From Dehalococcoidia bacterium (GTDB taxonomy: Bacteria; Chloroflexota; Dehalococcoidia; Bin125): a stretch of 64,000 nucleotides of DNA. Made by a program: the position numbers and the translations under genes. This document shows positions 30,948 through 40,232 of the stretch, one piece after another. Each line of letters begins with the position of its first letter. The first letter of the stretch is position 1. The notes under the pieces are model-generated. The model had not been told where the DNA came from. It did no database searches and saw nothing but the letters and a program-made list of their open reading frames with translations. The stretch covers positions 192,001 through 256,000 of the forward strand of contig OY820591.1 of the NCBI GenBank assembly GCA_963555985.3. Direction: 5' to 3'.

Positions 30948-31844
30948 ATGACCACCGAAACCGCGCCCCTGACCGAGTACCGCTCCTGGGCGGTTGAAGA
31001 ATTCCGCGCCGAAGAAGAGCCCTACTACGTGCCCGTCAAGGATGAGGTGGAAGTCTTCGAAGCTGCTTGGCGCAGCAAGATTCCCGTACTCCTCAAGGGC
31101 CCGACCGGCTGCGGCAAGACTCGCTTCATCGAGTACATGGCCTATCGCCTCAACCGTCCGCTCGCTGTCGTCCGCGACGGCGAGACCGAGATCGAGCAGG
31201 AATCCAACCTCCCGCTCGTCACCGTCGCCTGCCACGAAGACCTCACCGCCTCCGACCTCGTCGGCCGTTACCTGCTCGAAGGCAACGAGACCGTCTGGAT
31301 CGACGGCCCCCTCACCCGCGCCGTCAAGGCCGGTGCCATCTGCTACCTCGACGAGGTAGTTGAGGCCCGCAAGGACACCACCGTCCTCATCCACCCCCTC
31401 ACCGACCACCGCCGCATCCTCCCCGTCGAAAAGAAGTCGCAGCTGCTCCAGGCCCGCGACGGCTTCCTCCTCGTGATCTCCTTCAACCCGGGCTACCAGT
31501 CCGCGCTCAAAGACCTCAAGCAGTCCACCCGCCAGCGCTTCGTCGCCGTTGAGTTCGACTACCCGCCCCGCGAGACCGAGGCCGAGATCGTCCAGCACGA
31601 GGCCGGCTGTTCATACGATGTCGCCCTCAACCTGGCCAAGATGGCCGAGAAGATCCGCAACCTGCGCGAGCACGGCTTGGCCGAAGGTGCCTCAACCCGG
31701 CTCCTGATCTACGCCGGCCGCATGATCGCCCAGGGCGTCTCCCCCCTCCGAGCCTGTCAGGTCGCCATCGTCTGGCCCCTCACCGACGACGGCGAAATCC
31801 AGCGCAGCATCGAAGAAGTCGTCTCCTCGATCTTCGAGGAGTAG
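30948..31844 (+). CDS. CbbQ/NirQ/NorQ family AAA+ ATPase
   Basis: [70 protein letters not shown]. Confidence 0.95.
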   Translation: MTTETAPLTEYRSWAVEEFRAEEEPYYVPVKDEVEVFEAAWRSKIPVLLKGPTGCGKTRFIEYMAYRLNRPLAVVRDGETEIEQESNLPLVTVACHEDLTASDLVGRYLLEGNETVWIDGPLTRAVKAGAICYLDEVVEARKDTTVLIHPLTDHRRILPVEKKSQLLQARDGFLLVISFNPGYQSALKDLKQSTRQRFVAVEFDYPPRETEAEIVQHEAGCSYDVALNLAKMAEKIRNLREHGLAEGASTRLLIYAGRMIAQGVSPLRACQVAIVWPLTDDGEIQRSIEEVVSSIFEE

Positions 31845-31858
31845 CGACCGGAGAACTT

Positions 31859-31952
31859 CGTCATACCCGCGCCCCGCCGCGGGTATCTCGATGCGCGGGC
31901 GACGGCGGTGCTGTGAACGGCGTCATACCCGCGACGGAGCGCGGATCTGACG
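31859..31952. repeat. Family A REP copies
   Basis: cgtcatacccgcgccccgccgcgggtatctc and cgtcatacccgcgacggagcgcggatctgacg. Confidence 0.8.
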
Positions 31953-31980
31953 GGGCTGGAATAGACGAGGGCAAGACTCA

Positions 31981-32553
31981 GTGCGGATCGGCATCGTCTC
32001 CGACATCCACTGCAACCGCGCCGCCCTCGATCGCGCTGTCGAGCAGATGGGCGACATCGACGAGCTGCTCTGCGCCGGAGACGCCTGCTACCAGTACCGC
32101 TTCTCCAACGACGTCGCCGAGCGCCTGCGCCAACTCGGCGGACGTTACGTGCTCGGCAACCACGAGGAAATCCTGCTCTCCGACGCCGGAGCTCGAGCCC
32201 AGGCTTCCCCCAGCGTCAACCGCGAACTGCTGGAGTGGACCCGCGAGCAGCCCCACCTGATCCGCACCGAGATCGGCGGCAAGAAGCTGCTCATGTTCCA
32301 CGCCACCCCTTGGGCGCCCTATCGCGACTACCTCTTCCCCCACGATCCCCAACTCCAGCGAGTCGCCGAAGAGGACGCCGACTTCATCATCTACGGTCAC
32401 ACCCACGCGCCCCTCGTCACCCGCATCGGCCGCGCCCTGATCGTCAATCCCGGCTCCGCCGGCGAAGCCCGCGGCTCCGAACAACTCCTCACCTATGCTG
32501 TCTTAGACACGAGCGCCGAGGCCGCGACCATCGAACAGATCACATTCGCCTGA
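31981..32553 (+). CDS. YfcE-like metallophosphoesterase
   Basis: SDIH, CAGD, GNHE, H, GHTH, NPGS. Confidence 0.93.
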   Translation: MRIGIVSDIHCNRAALDRAVEQMGDIDELLCAGDACYQYRFSNDVAERLRQLGGRYVLGNHEEILLSDAGARAQASPSVNRELLEWTREQPHLIRTEIGGKKLLMFHATPWAPYRDYLFPHDPQLQRVAEEDADFIIYGHTHAPLVTRIGRALIVNPGSAGEARGSEQLLTYAVLDTSAEAATIEQITFA

Positions 32554-32649
32554 TTCGCCTCCCGCACGCCCTGCCGGAGGCGCTGGCGATTGCCGCATCT
32601 GCACCAACTCGCCCAGCCTCACGCAGCACAGGCCCCACATGCTGGATGG

Positions 32650-35600
32650 ATGCCGATGACAGACCGATCCCCCAACCCACGGCTCGACGAGGCGCGCGAA
32701 GCCCTGCGCGCCTTTCCGCCCGCCCTCTCCCAGGACTTCGAAGCCGCCGTCGAAGCGGTCGAACCCATCCTCGAACCGGACGAACTCGACATCTGGATCA
32801 GCACCGGGCTCGATGTCGCCCGCCACTCCCTCCGCAGCTGGGAAGCTGCCGCCGAGTACTTTCGCGCCTCCGGGCCCGTACTCGAGCAGATCACCTACGA
32901 CCGGATGCGTGAGTGGTGCGGTGTGGGAATCGATCTGATGGAGACCTCCCCGGCCCTGGCCGGCGCGCTCTTCCGCGCCAGCCCCACCGTGCTCCCCCAT
33001 CTCTCCGTCCCCCAGGCCAACGACTGGGCCGCCCAGGGCAAGTCGCTCTACAAAGGCACCTGGAAGTCCGGCTCGCTCTCCGCCCAGTACTTCGATGTCT
33101 CTCCCCAAATCCTGCCCCATCTCCCCCTCAGTCAGATGCGGCTGCTCGTGGAGTTGATCGACTCGCTCGCCTCACACTCCTACGAACTCGCCTCAGCTTG
33201 TCTCGGCATGGCCCCCGGCGTGCTCTCCCAACTCGAACGCTCCGACCGCGCTCCCTTCCTCGAATTCGGCGGCGTCGTTGCTCACACCGCCTGGGTTGAC
33301 GCCCGCGTCTACTTCGAGCGCGGCCCCACCGCCTTGCGACAGATCAGCCCTGAACAGCGCCCCCGCTATCTCTCCCTCGCCGGACAGGTCGCGCTCCAGG
33401 TCGGACGCCTCGGACACCCCTACTTCATCGAGGCCGCACAGGCCCTCTCGGATGTCGACAAAGACATCCACGAAGGCTTGCTCGAACTCGCCGAGCAACT
33501 CTCCCCCCATTCCGGCGACGCCGCAATGGAATTCCTCAAGTCTTCGCCCCGAGTCGCCCAACGCCTCAGCATCGACGACATCGCCCGCTGGCAAGAGTTC
33601 GGCCTGACCATCCTCCAGCAGTCCGTAGACGGCGGCGAAGCCTTCTTCCGCCTCGAATCCGCACGCGGCGAAGAGGTCATGGAGGCGCTCAGCTCCCGCG
33701 TCGACCTCGATCGTGTCTCCGAACTGATTCGGATGTACTGCAAGGCGCTCACCGGCGTCGATGTCGGCGTCAAAGCCTCCGAAGAACTGACCGCCAAGGG
33801 CGTCGGCTGGGTGGACGAATCCAGCCCCACCACCGAGGGCACCACGATCTACCTGCCCGAGAACGTCGAGCGCTACGCCACCAAGCAGGAGAACTTCAGC
33901 GTCTACAAGGTCTTCGCCACCCACCAGGCCGGACGCCTCGAATTCGGCTCATTCGAATACCAGGCGGAACTGCCCTCCGATCTCTTCCCGCAGAACGGCA
34001 GCGCCGGCAACGGCGTCTCCGGCAACGGCGGCGCCCCGGTCATAACCGAAGCGCCCGAGGACGCCGCTGAAATCCACACCGACATGGAGCGCTTCTTCGA
34101 CCAGTTCGGCGACCGCCGCCTCGCCCACGACCTCTTCACCATCGTCGAAGACACCCGCATCGACACCATCGTCAAGCGCGAGTACGCCGGCGTCCGCCGC
34201 GCCTTCTCCCGCCTCCAACAGGCCGCCGCCGACCGCCGCCGCCCCGTCGAAAATATGCCCGCCCGTCAAGCGATGGTCGAAAACCTCCTCCGCGCCTCGC
34301 TCGATGAAATCGGCCGTATCCGCTGGCCCAACGAACTCGCCGAGCAACTCCGCCAGCCGCTCCGCATCCTCAACCGCATCCGTCAGGAAGGCGCGACCGT
34401 CCAGGACAGCGCCGCCGCCACCGCTCTCCTCTACGAGTGGGTCGCCCAAGTCCCCAATGTCGAGTTGGAGAGCGAAGACTGGGAAGAGTTCGACCAGGAA
34501 CACGCCGGCGATCCCGACGGCGACGAAGACGGCGACATGATGCCCGGCTCCGGTTCCAGCGGCTTCGAAGAATCCTTCATGCCCTTCATGCCCGGCAGCG
34601 AAGAACGCCCCTACGACAGCCCCGATCCGGTCGACTTCCGCGGCGACTTCAAGCCCGAACTCGTCCAACTGCTGATGAAGCTCAAGGGTGAAACCGGCTC
34701 CGGCGACGCCCCCCCGATCCCGCTCTCCAAGGAGCAGCTGCAAGAACTTCTGGAGAAGTCCGTCGAGATCTCGATCAACGAGCTGATGGACATGGACCTG
34801 GCCGAATCGAGCGGGATGTTCCTCGACAACCTGCTCAAAGAGGTCAATCAGATCCAGGGCGAGCGTCAAGAAGGCCAGCAGGCCATGGGCGACGACTCGA
34901 CCGGTGCCGACGACGGCGACGAGCTGCCGGTCGAACCGCAGTCGTTCTACTACGACGAATGGGACTTCCGCGCCGCCGACTACAAGCCCCGCTGGTGCCG
35001 AGTCCAGGAGCAGCGCGGCGAGTCCGGCACGCCCAACTACTACAACGAAACCCTCCACGATCACGCGCAACTCGTCCAGGAGACGCGCAAGCAATTCGAG
35101 ATGCTGCGCCCCGAACTCTTCCGCAAGATGAAGCGCCTCACCGACGGCGAGGACTACGACCTCGACGCCGTGATCGAGTGGTACACCGAGAAAATCGCCG
35201 GCGCCACCACCGAAACCAAGCTCTTCTACCGCCGCAACAAGGTCGAACGCGACGTCGCCGTCGCCTTCCTGCTCGATGTCTCCGCCTCAACCGACGAGGA
35301 GATCCAGAAGCACCAGGATCAGCGCCACGACGACCAGTTCGACGACGACCCGCGCAAATACCTCAGCTGGTGGGCGCAGCGTCGCGCCGAAGCCGCCCGC
35401 CACCCGGGCAAGCGCATCATCGACCTCGAGAAGGAAGCCGTCGTGCTTCTGATCGAAGCGCTCGAAACCATCGGCGACAAGTACGGCGTCTACGGCTTCT
35501 CCGGCTACGGCCGCGACAACGTTGAGTTCTTCGTCTACAAAGACATGGACGAACCGTTCGGCGACCGGATCAAGGAGCGCATCGACAAGATCGCCCCCGT

Positions 35601-35937
35601 CCGCTCCACTCGCATGGGCCCCGCCATTCGCCACTGCATCTGGAAGCTCCAGAACACCGACGCCAAAGTCAAGATTCTGATCCTCCTCTCCGACGGCCGC
35701 CCCCAAGACCACGGCTACGGACGCGACCGCACCGAGAAGGAATACGCCATCCACGACACCAAGATGGCCCTCACCGAAGCCCGCCGCGAGGGCATGGTCC
35801 CCTTCGCCCTCACGGTCGACCGAGCCGGCCACGACTACCTCAAGCAGATGTGCCAGGACATGGCCTACGAGGTCGTCGCCGACATCGAGCGCCTCCCCCG
35901 CCTGCTCCCCGCCCTCTACCGCCGCCTCACCGGCTAG
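32650..35937 (+). CDS. CbbO/NorD-like VWA adaptor with N-terminal helical repeats
   Basis: YYDEWDFRAADY.P.WC, MIDAS DVSAST, TRMGPAIRH, LSDGRPQD; ~8 N-terminal ~36-aa repeats. Confidence 0.9.
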   Translation: MPMTDRSPNPRLDEAREALRAFPPALSQDFEAAVEAVEPILEPDELDIWISTGLDVARHSLRSWEAAAEYFRASGPVLEQITYDRMREWCGVGIDLMETSPALAGALFRASPTVLPHLSVPQANDWAAQGKSLYKGTWKSGSLSAQYFDVSPQILPHLPLSQMRLLVELIDSLASHSYELASACLGMAPGVLSQLERSDRAPFLEFGGVVAHTAWVDARVYFERGPTALRQISPEQRPRYLSLAGQVALQVGRLGHPYFIEAAQALSDVDKDIHEGLLELAEQLSPHSGDAAMEFLKSSPRVAQRLSIDDIARWQEFGLTILQQSVDGGEAFFRLESARGEEVMEALSSRVDLDRVSELIRMYCKALTGVDVGVKASEELTAKGVGWVDESSPTTEGTTIYLPENVERYATKQENFSVYKVFATHQAGRLEFGSFEYQAELPSDLFPQNGSAGNGVSGNGGAPVITEAPEDAAEIHTDMERFFDQFGDRRLAHDLFTIVEDTRIDTIVKREYAGVRRAFSRLQQAAADRRRPVENMPARQAMVENLLRASLDEIGRIRWPNELAEQLRQPLRILNRIRQEGATVQDSAAATALLYEWVAQVPNVELESEDWEEFDQEHAGDPDGDEDGDMMPGSGSSGFEESFMPFMPGSEERPYDSPDPVDFRGDFKPELVQLLMKLKGETGSGDAPPIPLSKEQLQELLEKSVEISINELMDMDLAESSGMFLDNLLKEVNQIQGERQEGQQAMGDDSTGADDGDELPVEPQSFYYDEWDFRAADYKPRWCRVQEQRGESGTPNYYNETLHDHAQLVQETRKQFEMLRPELFRKMKRLTDGEDYDLDAVIEWYTEKIAGATTETKLFYRRNKVERDVAVAFLLDVSASTDEEIQKHQDQRHDDQFDDDPRKYLSWWAQRRAEAARHPGKRIIDLEKEAVVLLIEALETIGDKYGVYGFSGYGRDNVEFFVYKDMDEPFGDRIKERIDKIAPVRSTRMGPAIRHCIWKLQNTDAKVKILILLSDGRPQDHGYGRDRTEKEYAIHDTKMALTEARREGMVPFALTVDRAGHDYLKQMCQDMAYEVVADIERLPRLLPALYRRLTG

Positions 35938-35945
35938 CCCCAATG

Positions 35946-36085
35946 CCCTCTCCCCCCGCACCGCGGGGGGAGATGTCGCGCAGCGACAGAGGGGGGTCTG
36001 GGGCGATTGCTGTCGCACTATGTCCCTATCTGCTCGGGATCGGATCCCCCTCTGTGCCCCTCCCCCGCATTGCGGAGGAGAAGGG
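35946..36085. repeat. Family B repeat plus inverted degenerate copy
   Basis: 35946-35996 forward; 36046-36085 inverted. Confidence 0.8.
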
Positions 36086-36111
36086 ATCGTGACATCGGAT
36101 ACCATGACCTC

Positions 36112-36456
36112 ATGTCATTCATCGCAGGAACCCTAACCGCCGCAGGCATCGCCGCCGCCTTCGTCGCAACCCTGATCGGCCACGACTCCACCGGCCTCTA
36201 CATCATCTGCGCCACGATCGCCGCCGCCGGACTGCTGCTCATGCTCCTCCAGATCGCCCGACGTCGGCGGGATGCCGCCCCCTGGTACGCGCTCGCGCCG
36301 ATGGCCATCGTCGTCGCCCTACTCGGCGTCGCCGCCTCAGGAGCCAGCTGCGGCGTCGCCTGCATCGCCTGGGGCGGTCCGGCCGCAGCAGTCACGCTAG
36401 CCGCGCCGGATATCCGGGGTTGGTTCAGGAGCCGGACACCGCTGAGGCGGGTCTGA
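36112..36456 (+). CDS. Small membrane protein
   Basis: 4 hydrophobic segments; leaderless TACCAT box at 36100-36105. Confidence 0.65.
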   Translation: MSFIAGTLTAAGIAAAFVATLIGHDSTGLYIICATIAAAGLLLMLLQIARRRRDAAPWYALAPMAIVVALLGVAASGASCGVACIAWGGPAAAVTLAAPDIRGWFRSRTPLRRV

Positions 36457-36494
36457 CCGGCTGGGAACACGCCCAGCGCGTCCACTCGGCTGTT

Positions 36495-36543
36495 CTCTCC
36501 CCCCGCACTGCGGGGGGAGATGTCACGTAGTGACAGAGGGGGG
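36495..36543. repeat. Family B palindromic repeat
   Basis: ctctccccccgcactgcggggggagatgtcacgtagtgacagagggggg. Confidence 0.85.
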
Positions 36544-36649
36544 CGGACCAACCTGAGCTGATCCAGACACCTTGATGCATGGGAGAACGCAGGCTCTCTG
36601 TGCCTCCGCCGCCTGCGCCAAGCGGTACTACCCAGAGCAGCGGACCTGA

Positions 36650-39600
36650 TCAGTTCGTCAACCGCAACTCCCGGTTCAGCTCCAGCCGCAGGAACCACCG
36701 CCACGTCGCCAGCACCCCGATCACCAATACTCCGACCAACACTGCGAACGCGATCCCCAAGATCTGCCAGTCAGTCTCCACTTGGAACGGCGGCAGCACC
36801 ACTCGGCCGCTCTCATCGATCTCCAGGTAGGCCAGCAGCAGCAGCGAAATCCGGTTGCCCAGCAGCACTCCCAGCACCAGTCCCGTACCGACAATGATCG
36901 CGTACTCGAGGAAGAGCTGAATCAGGATCGAAGCATTGCCCACGCCGACCGTGCGCAGCAGCGCCATCTCAAGCCGTCGCTGCCGTGCCGAGACCGCCAT
37001 CGAGACCAGGAAGGCCAGCGCTAACAGCACCGAGATCGCAATGAACGCGACCAGCAGAATGCCGCTGCCGCCGGCGGTGGTGAGCGGGTCTCTGCCGCTG
37101 TCGTCGATTCGTTCGTTGCGATCGTTGAGGTCCGAGATCGAGTAGCGCGGGCGCTCGAGCTCTTCGATCGTGAGTTGGCGCTGTTCCGGATCGTCGCTCA
37201 AGTCCAGCCAGACTTCGGTTGGCGAGATCGTGGGCCGCAAGGCGGTGATCGAGCCAAGGTGGAAGAGCGCGTCGTAGTCGGCGACCACGAAGGAGAACTC
37301 GTCTGGGCGCAAGGTGGGGAAGAGTTCGACGATCTCGGCAACTTGCGCGGTGATCACCATCGTGTCCAGCCGGATCGGGTAGCGGTCGCCGATCTCCAGC
37401 CGCTGCCGTTCGGCGAAGTCTTGGCTGATGATCGTCGGCAGCAGGCAGCGCGTGCTGCTGCACAGCGAGGGATCGGCGAAGTACGCGGCGCGCAGGCCGG
37501 GGCTTTGCCCCAGACCGGGAATGAAAGCCATCACCTGATCGCCCGAGACGGCATCTTCGGCGTCCTGGAACTTGATCTCGTCGTCTACCTCGCGCCGTTG
37601 CCGGAATTCGATCCAGTTGCCGTTCTCAAAATCTTCCACGATCAGTTCGCGTCCGTCGGACTGAATCGCCGTGATCGCGTCGTAGCGGACGGTAGACGGC
37701 TCCGAGGCAAAGAGGCCGAACGGTTCACTCATCACGATCGAGTGCAGGGCATAGGGCGCCACCGCGCCTGAGCCGACGATCTCTCGCTGGAAATCGATAT
37801 CGATTGCCGTCCAGCCGCTGCCGGGTTCGGGCATCTCAATCCCGCCCGCAGTCAGATAGCGCCCGTTCCCGTCGCGGATGCGCAACCAGAGCGATTGATC
37901 CGACTCGCCCTTGCCCACATCGACCCAGACGCGAAGCGTCTGCGTCTCTTCGGGAATGCCCACTCCCCGTCCAACCGGGGGCACGTCGATCGTGCTGATC
38001 AGCTCTTCAAACGAGAGCAGCGACATGTCTTCGCGGAACCACATCATCTCGAGCGCGGCTTTGGGTTCGAGCGCGAGCAGGGTGACGGCGGAGGTGGTGC
38101 CCACGCTCCGTCCCGCCGCGGCGCGGCTGCGATGGACCGAGCTGACCCGCTCCACGCCCTCGATCACGCCCAGCCGGTCGCGCACGCCGGCGGCGGTTGA
38201 ATAGCCGCTCTCGCCGAGCCCCGCGCGAAACTCCACACCGTTGTCGTACTGAATCCGCTCTTCCAGTGAGCGCTCAACCGTGTCCGCATAGGAGGCGGCA
38301 AACGTCCCCAGCGCCGCCCCCAGCATCAGCAGAATCGTCAGCCGCGCGGCCGGACCCACCGTCCGGCTGACGTAGCGCAGCGTCGCCGCGACCGAGAGCG
38401 GCGCGCGGTCATATGTGATCCAGGCGAAGAAACGATAGATGTAGGGCAAGAAGCGCAGGATCACCAGCGCCGCCGCCAGCGCGAACAGGATCGGTGTACT
38501 GAGCAGGAGCGGATCGGCGCTGAGGCCGCCGACGCTGTTGCGCTCGAAGACCGTGCCGCGCAGGTCAGCCTCGAAGATCAGGCCAGCCGCCACCAGCACC
38601 AGCGCGACATCGAGGAAGTAGCGCTGCAATGCGTTTGGCCCCGCCGGACGCGAGACCCCGCGCAGCCGCTCGGAGAGCACCCGTGTCCGGCTCGCCAAGA
38701 CCAGCGGCGCCAGCGTGAACAGCACCGCCACAATCGCTCCCGCCGCCGAGAGCAGGAAGGCCGTGTCGGTCAACGTGGTCGGAATCGGGTTGCCGCCCGT
38801 CAGCGGCTCGAAGACGGCGGTATAGCCGAGCAAGCCGATGATCCCGATCGCGATGAACGGCCCGATCGCCGCAGCAATGACGGCAAGGATGATGCCTTCG
38901 ATCGCAGTCAGGCTGATCACCTGGAACAGCGAAGCGCCGCGGCTGCGCATCGAGAACAACTCCTCGCGCCGCTGCGCCACCTGCACTCCGGACACGATCA
39001 CGACATAGAACAACGCGATCCCCACTACCTGCGCCAGCAGCATCAGGATCGGGACCTGGGTGAAGTTGAGATCCTTGACGAACGAGTCCAGGTGCGGCTC
39101 GATCGGTGAGCGCACGCCGCCCTCGATCGAGCGCAGGTCGGCGCGCAGGAGGTCGAACGACGCCCGCATATCGTCGAGGATGGCGACATTGAGCAGGTCG
39201 GTTTGAATCTCCGAAATCCAGGTGGTGTTGACGAGGTATCCGCTCAACAGCGGGGTGAGCGCCTGATCGAACGTCTCGGAAGAGACGATCAGCGGAATCG
39301 ACTGCGCGCGCGGCGTGCCCCAGTAGACGCCGTAGGTGATCTCACGCGGCGTTCGTTGCCAGAACTCGCTCTGCAGGTTGTCGGGAGCGATGATCCCGGT
39401 CACTTTGAACGGAATCGTCCGTTCCACCAGCATCGTCGGTTCGCAGGGTGGGCGCGGCGGCGGCGGCGGCCCGCCGGGCGGTGGATCGGGTTCGCGGTCG
39501 CACTCATCAAAACGATCGATGACATGCCACTCATCGCCGACATCGAGACGGAACCGGTTCGCGATTCGCTCGGGTACCGCGACTTCGATCCGTCCAACCA

Positions 39601-40069
39601 ATGCGCCGGATGAGTCGATCTGCGGCTGATTCGGCAGCCTGCCCTCGAGCACTTCCAGACGTTCTTCGGCGCCTTCGAGTGCTGCGAAGAATGCGGTGTC
39701 TTCGATCACTGCGCCTGGACGCGGCGGGACATCGGTGCCGGTCGGAACCGTTGAGGTAAAGCGGGTGCGGCGTCCTTCTAGCTCGCCAAAGCGCTCGCTG
39801 ATGCTGTTCCGCGCGAATTCGCGGGCCGATTCGTTGGGACCGCCGGCGAGGGGCACGCCCCAGAGACTCGTGAAGGCCTGACGTCGGTCGGTCAGGTCGT
39901 CCTGGAGCGTGACCGTGAGCGAGAGATCGGAGACGGCCCGCGTGTAGATCGTCGTCGCGGCCATCAGGATCGCAGCCACGAGAATGCCCGCCGCGATCAC
40001 CAGCTGGAGCCGCCAGCTGTCGCGCATCCGGCGCAAGACAAAGCCAAGAATGGCGCCGAACGACTCCAC
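36650..40069 (-). CDS. FtsX-like (MacB-type) ABC permease, large periplasmic domains
   Basis: QRREELFSMRSRGAS and QRRLEMALLRTVG FtsX motifs; multiple TMs. Confidence 0.88.
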   Translation of the reverse strand: MESFGAILGFVLRRMRDSWRLQLVIAAGILVAAILMAATTIYTRAVSDLSLTVTLQDDLTDRRQAFTSLWGVPLAGGPNESAREFARNSISERFGELEGRRTRFTSTVPTGTDVPPRPGAVIEDTAFFAALEGAEERLEVLEGRLPNQPQIDSSGALVGRIEVAVPERIANRFRLDVGDEWHVIDRFDECDREPDPPPGGPPPPPRPPCEPTMLVERTIPFKVTGIIAPDNLQSEFWQRTPREITYGVYWGTPRAQSIPLIVSSETFDQALTPLLSGYLVNTTWISEIQTDLLNVAILDDMRASFDLLRADLRSIEGGVRSPIEPHLDSFVKDLNFTQVPILMLLAQVVGIALFYVVIVSGVQVAQRREELFSMRSRGASLFQVISLTAIEGIILAVIAAAIGPFIAIGIIGLLGYTAVFEPLTGGNPIPTTLTDTAFLLSAAGAIVAVLFTLAPLVLASRTRVLSERLRGVSRPAGPNALQRYFLDVALVLVAAGLIFEADLRGTVFERNSVGGLSADPLLLSTPILFALAAALVILRFLPYIYRFFAWITYDRAPLSVAATLRYVSRTVGPAARLTILLMLGAALGTFAASYADTVERSLEERIQYDNGVEFRAGLGESGYSTAAGVRDRLGVIEGVERVSSVHRSRAAAGRSVGTTSAVTLLALEPKAALEMMWFREDMSLLSFEELISTIDVPPVGRGVGIPEETQTLRVWVDVGKGESDQSLWLRIRDGNGRYLTAGGIEMPEPGSGWTAIDIDFQREIVGSGAVAPYALHSIVMSEPFGLFASEPSTVRYDAITAIQSDGRELIVEDFENGNWIEFRQRREVDDEIKFQDAEDAVSGDQVMAFIPGLGQSPGLRAAYFADPSLCSSTRCLLPTIISQDFAERQRLEIGDRYPIRLDTMVITAQVAEIVELFPTLRPDEFSFVVADYDALFHLGSITALRPTISPTEVWLDLSDDPEQRQLTIEELERPRYSISDLNDRNERIDDSGRDPLTTAGGSGILLVAFIAISVLLALAFLVSMAVSARQRRLEMALLRTVGVGNASILIQLFLEYAIIVGTGLVLGVLLGNRISLLLLAYLEIDESGRVVLPPFQVETDWQILGIAFAVLVGVLVIGVLATWRWFLRLELNRELRLTN

Positions 40070-40232
40070 CGCTCCCCCGCTTCGTCCGTCTCGCTCGCGC
40101 GACGCCTCTGCGCCGGCTCGGTCAGGCTAGATCGGCTGCGTATTCGCCAACGCCTAGTAGTCTACGAAGACTTGAGCCAATGAACACATCCCGCCGCTGA
40201 GCGCGGGATGAACCGCTTCCGGGTTTGCACGT

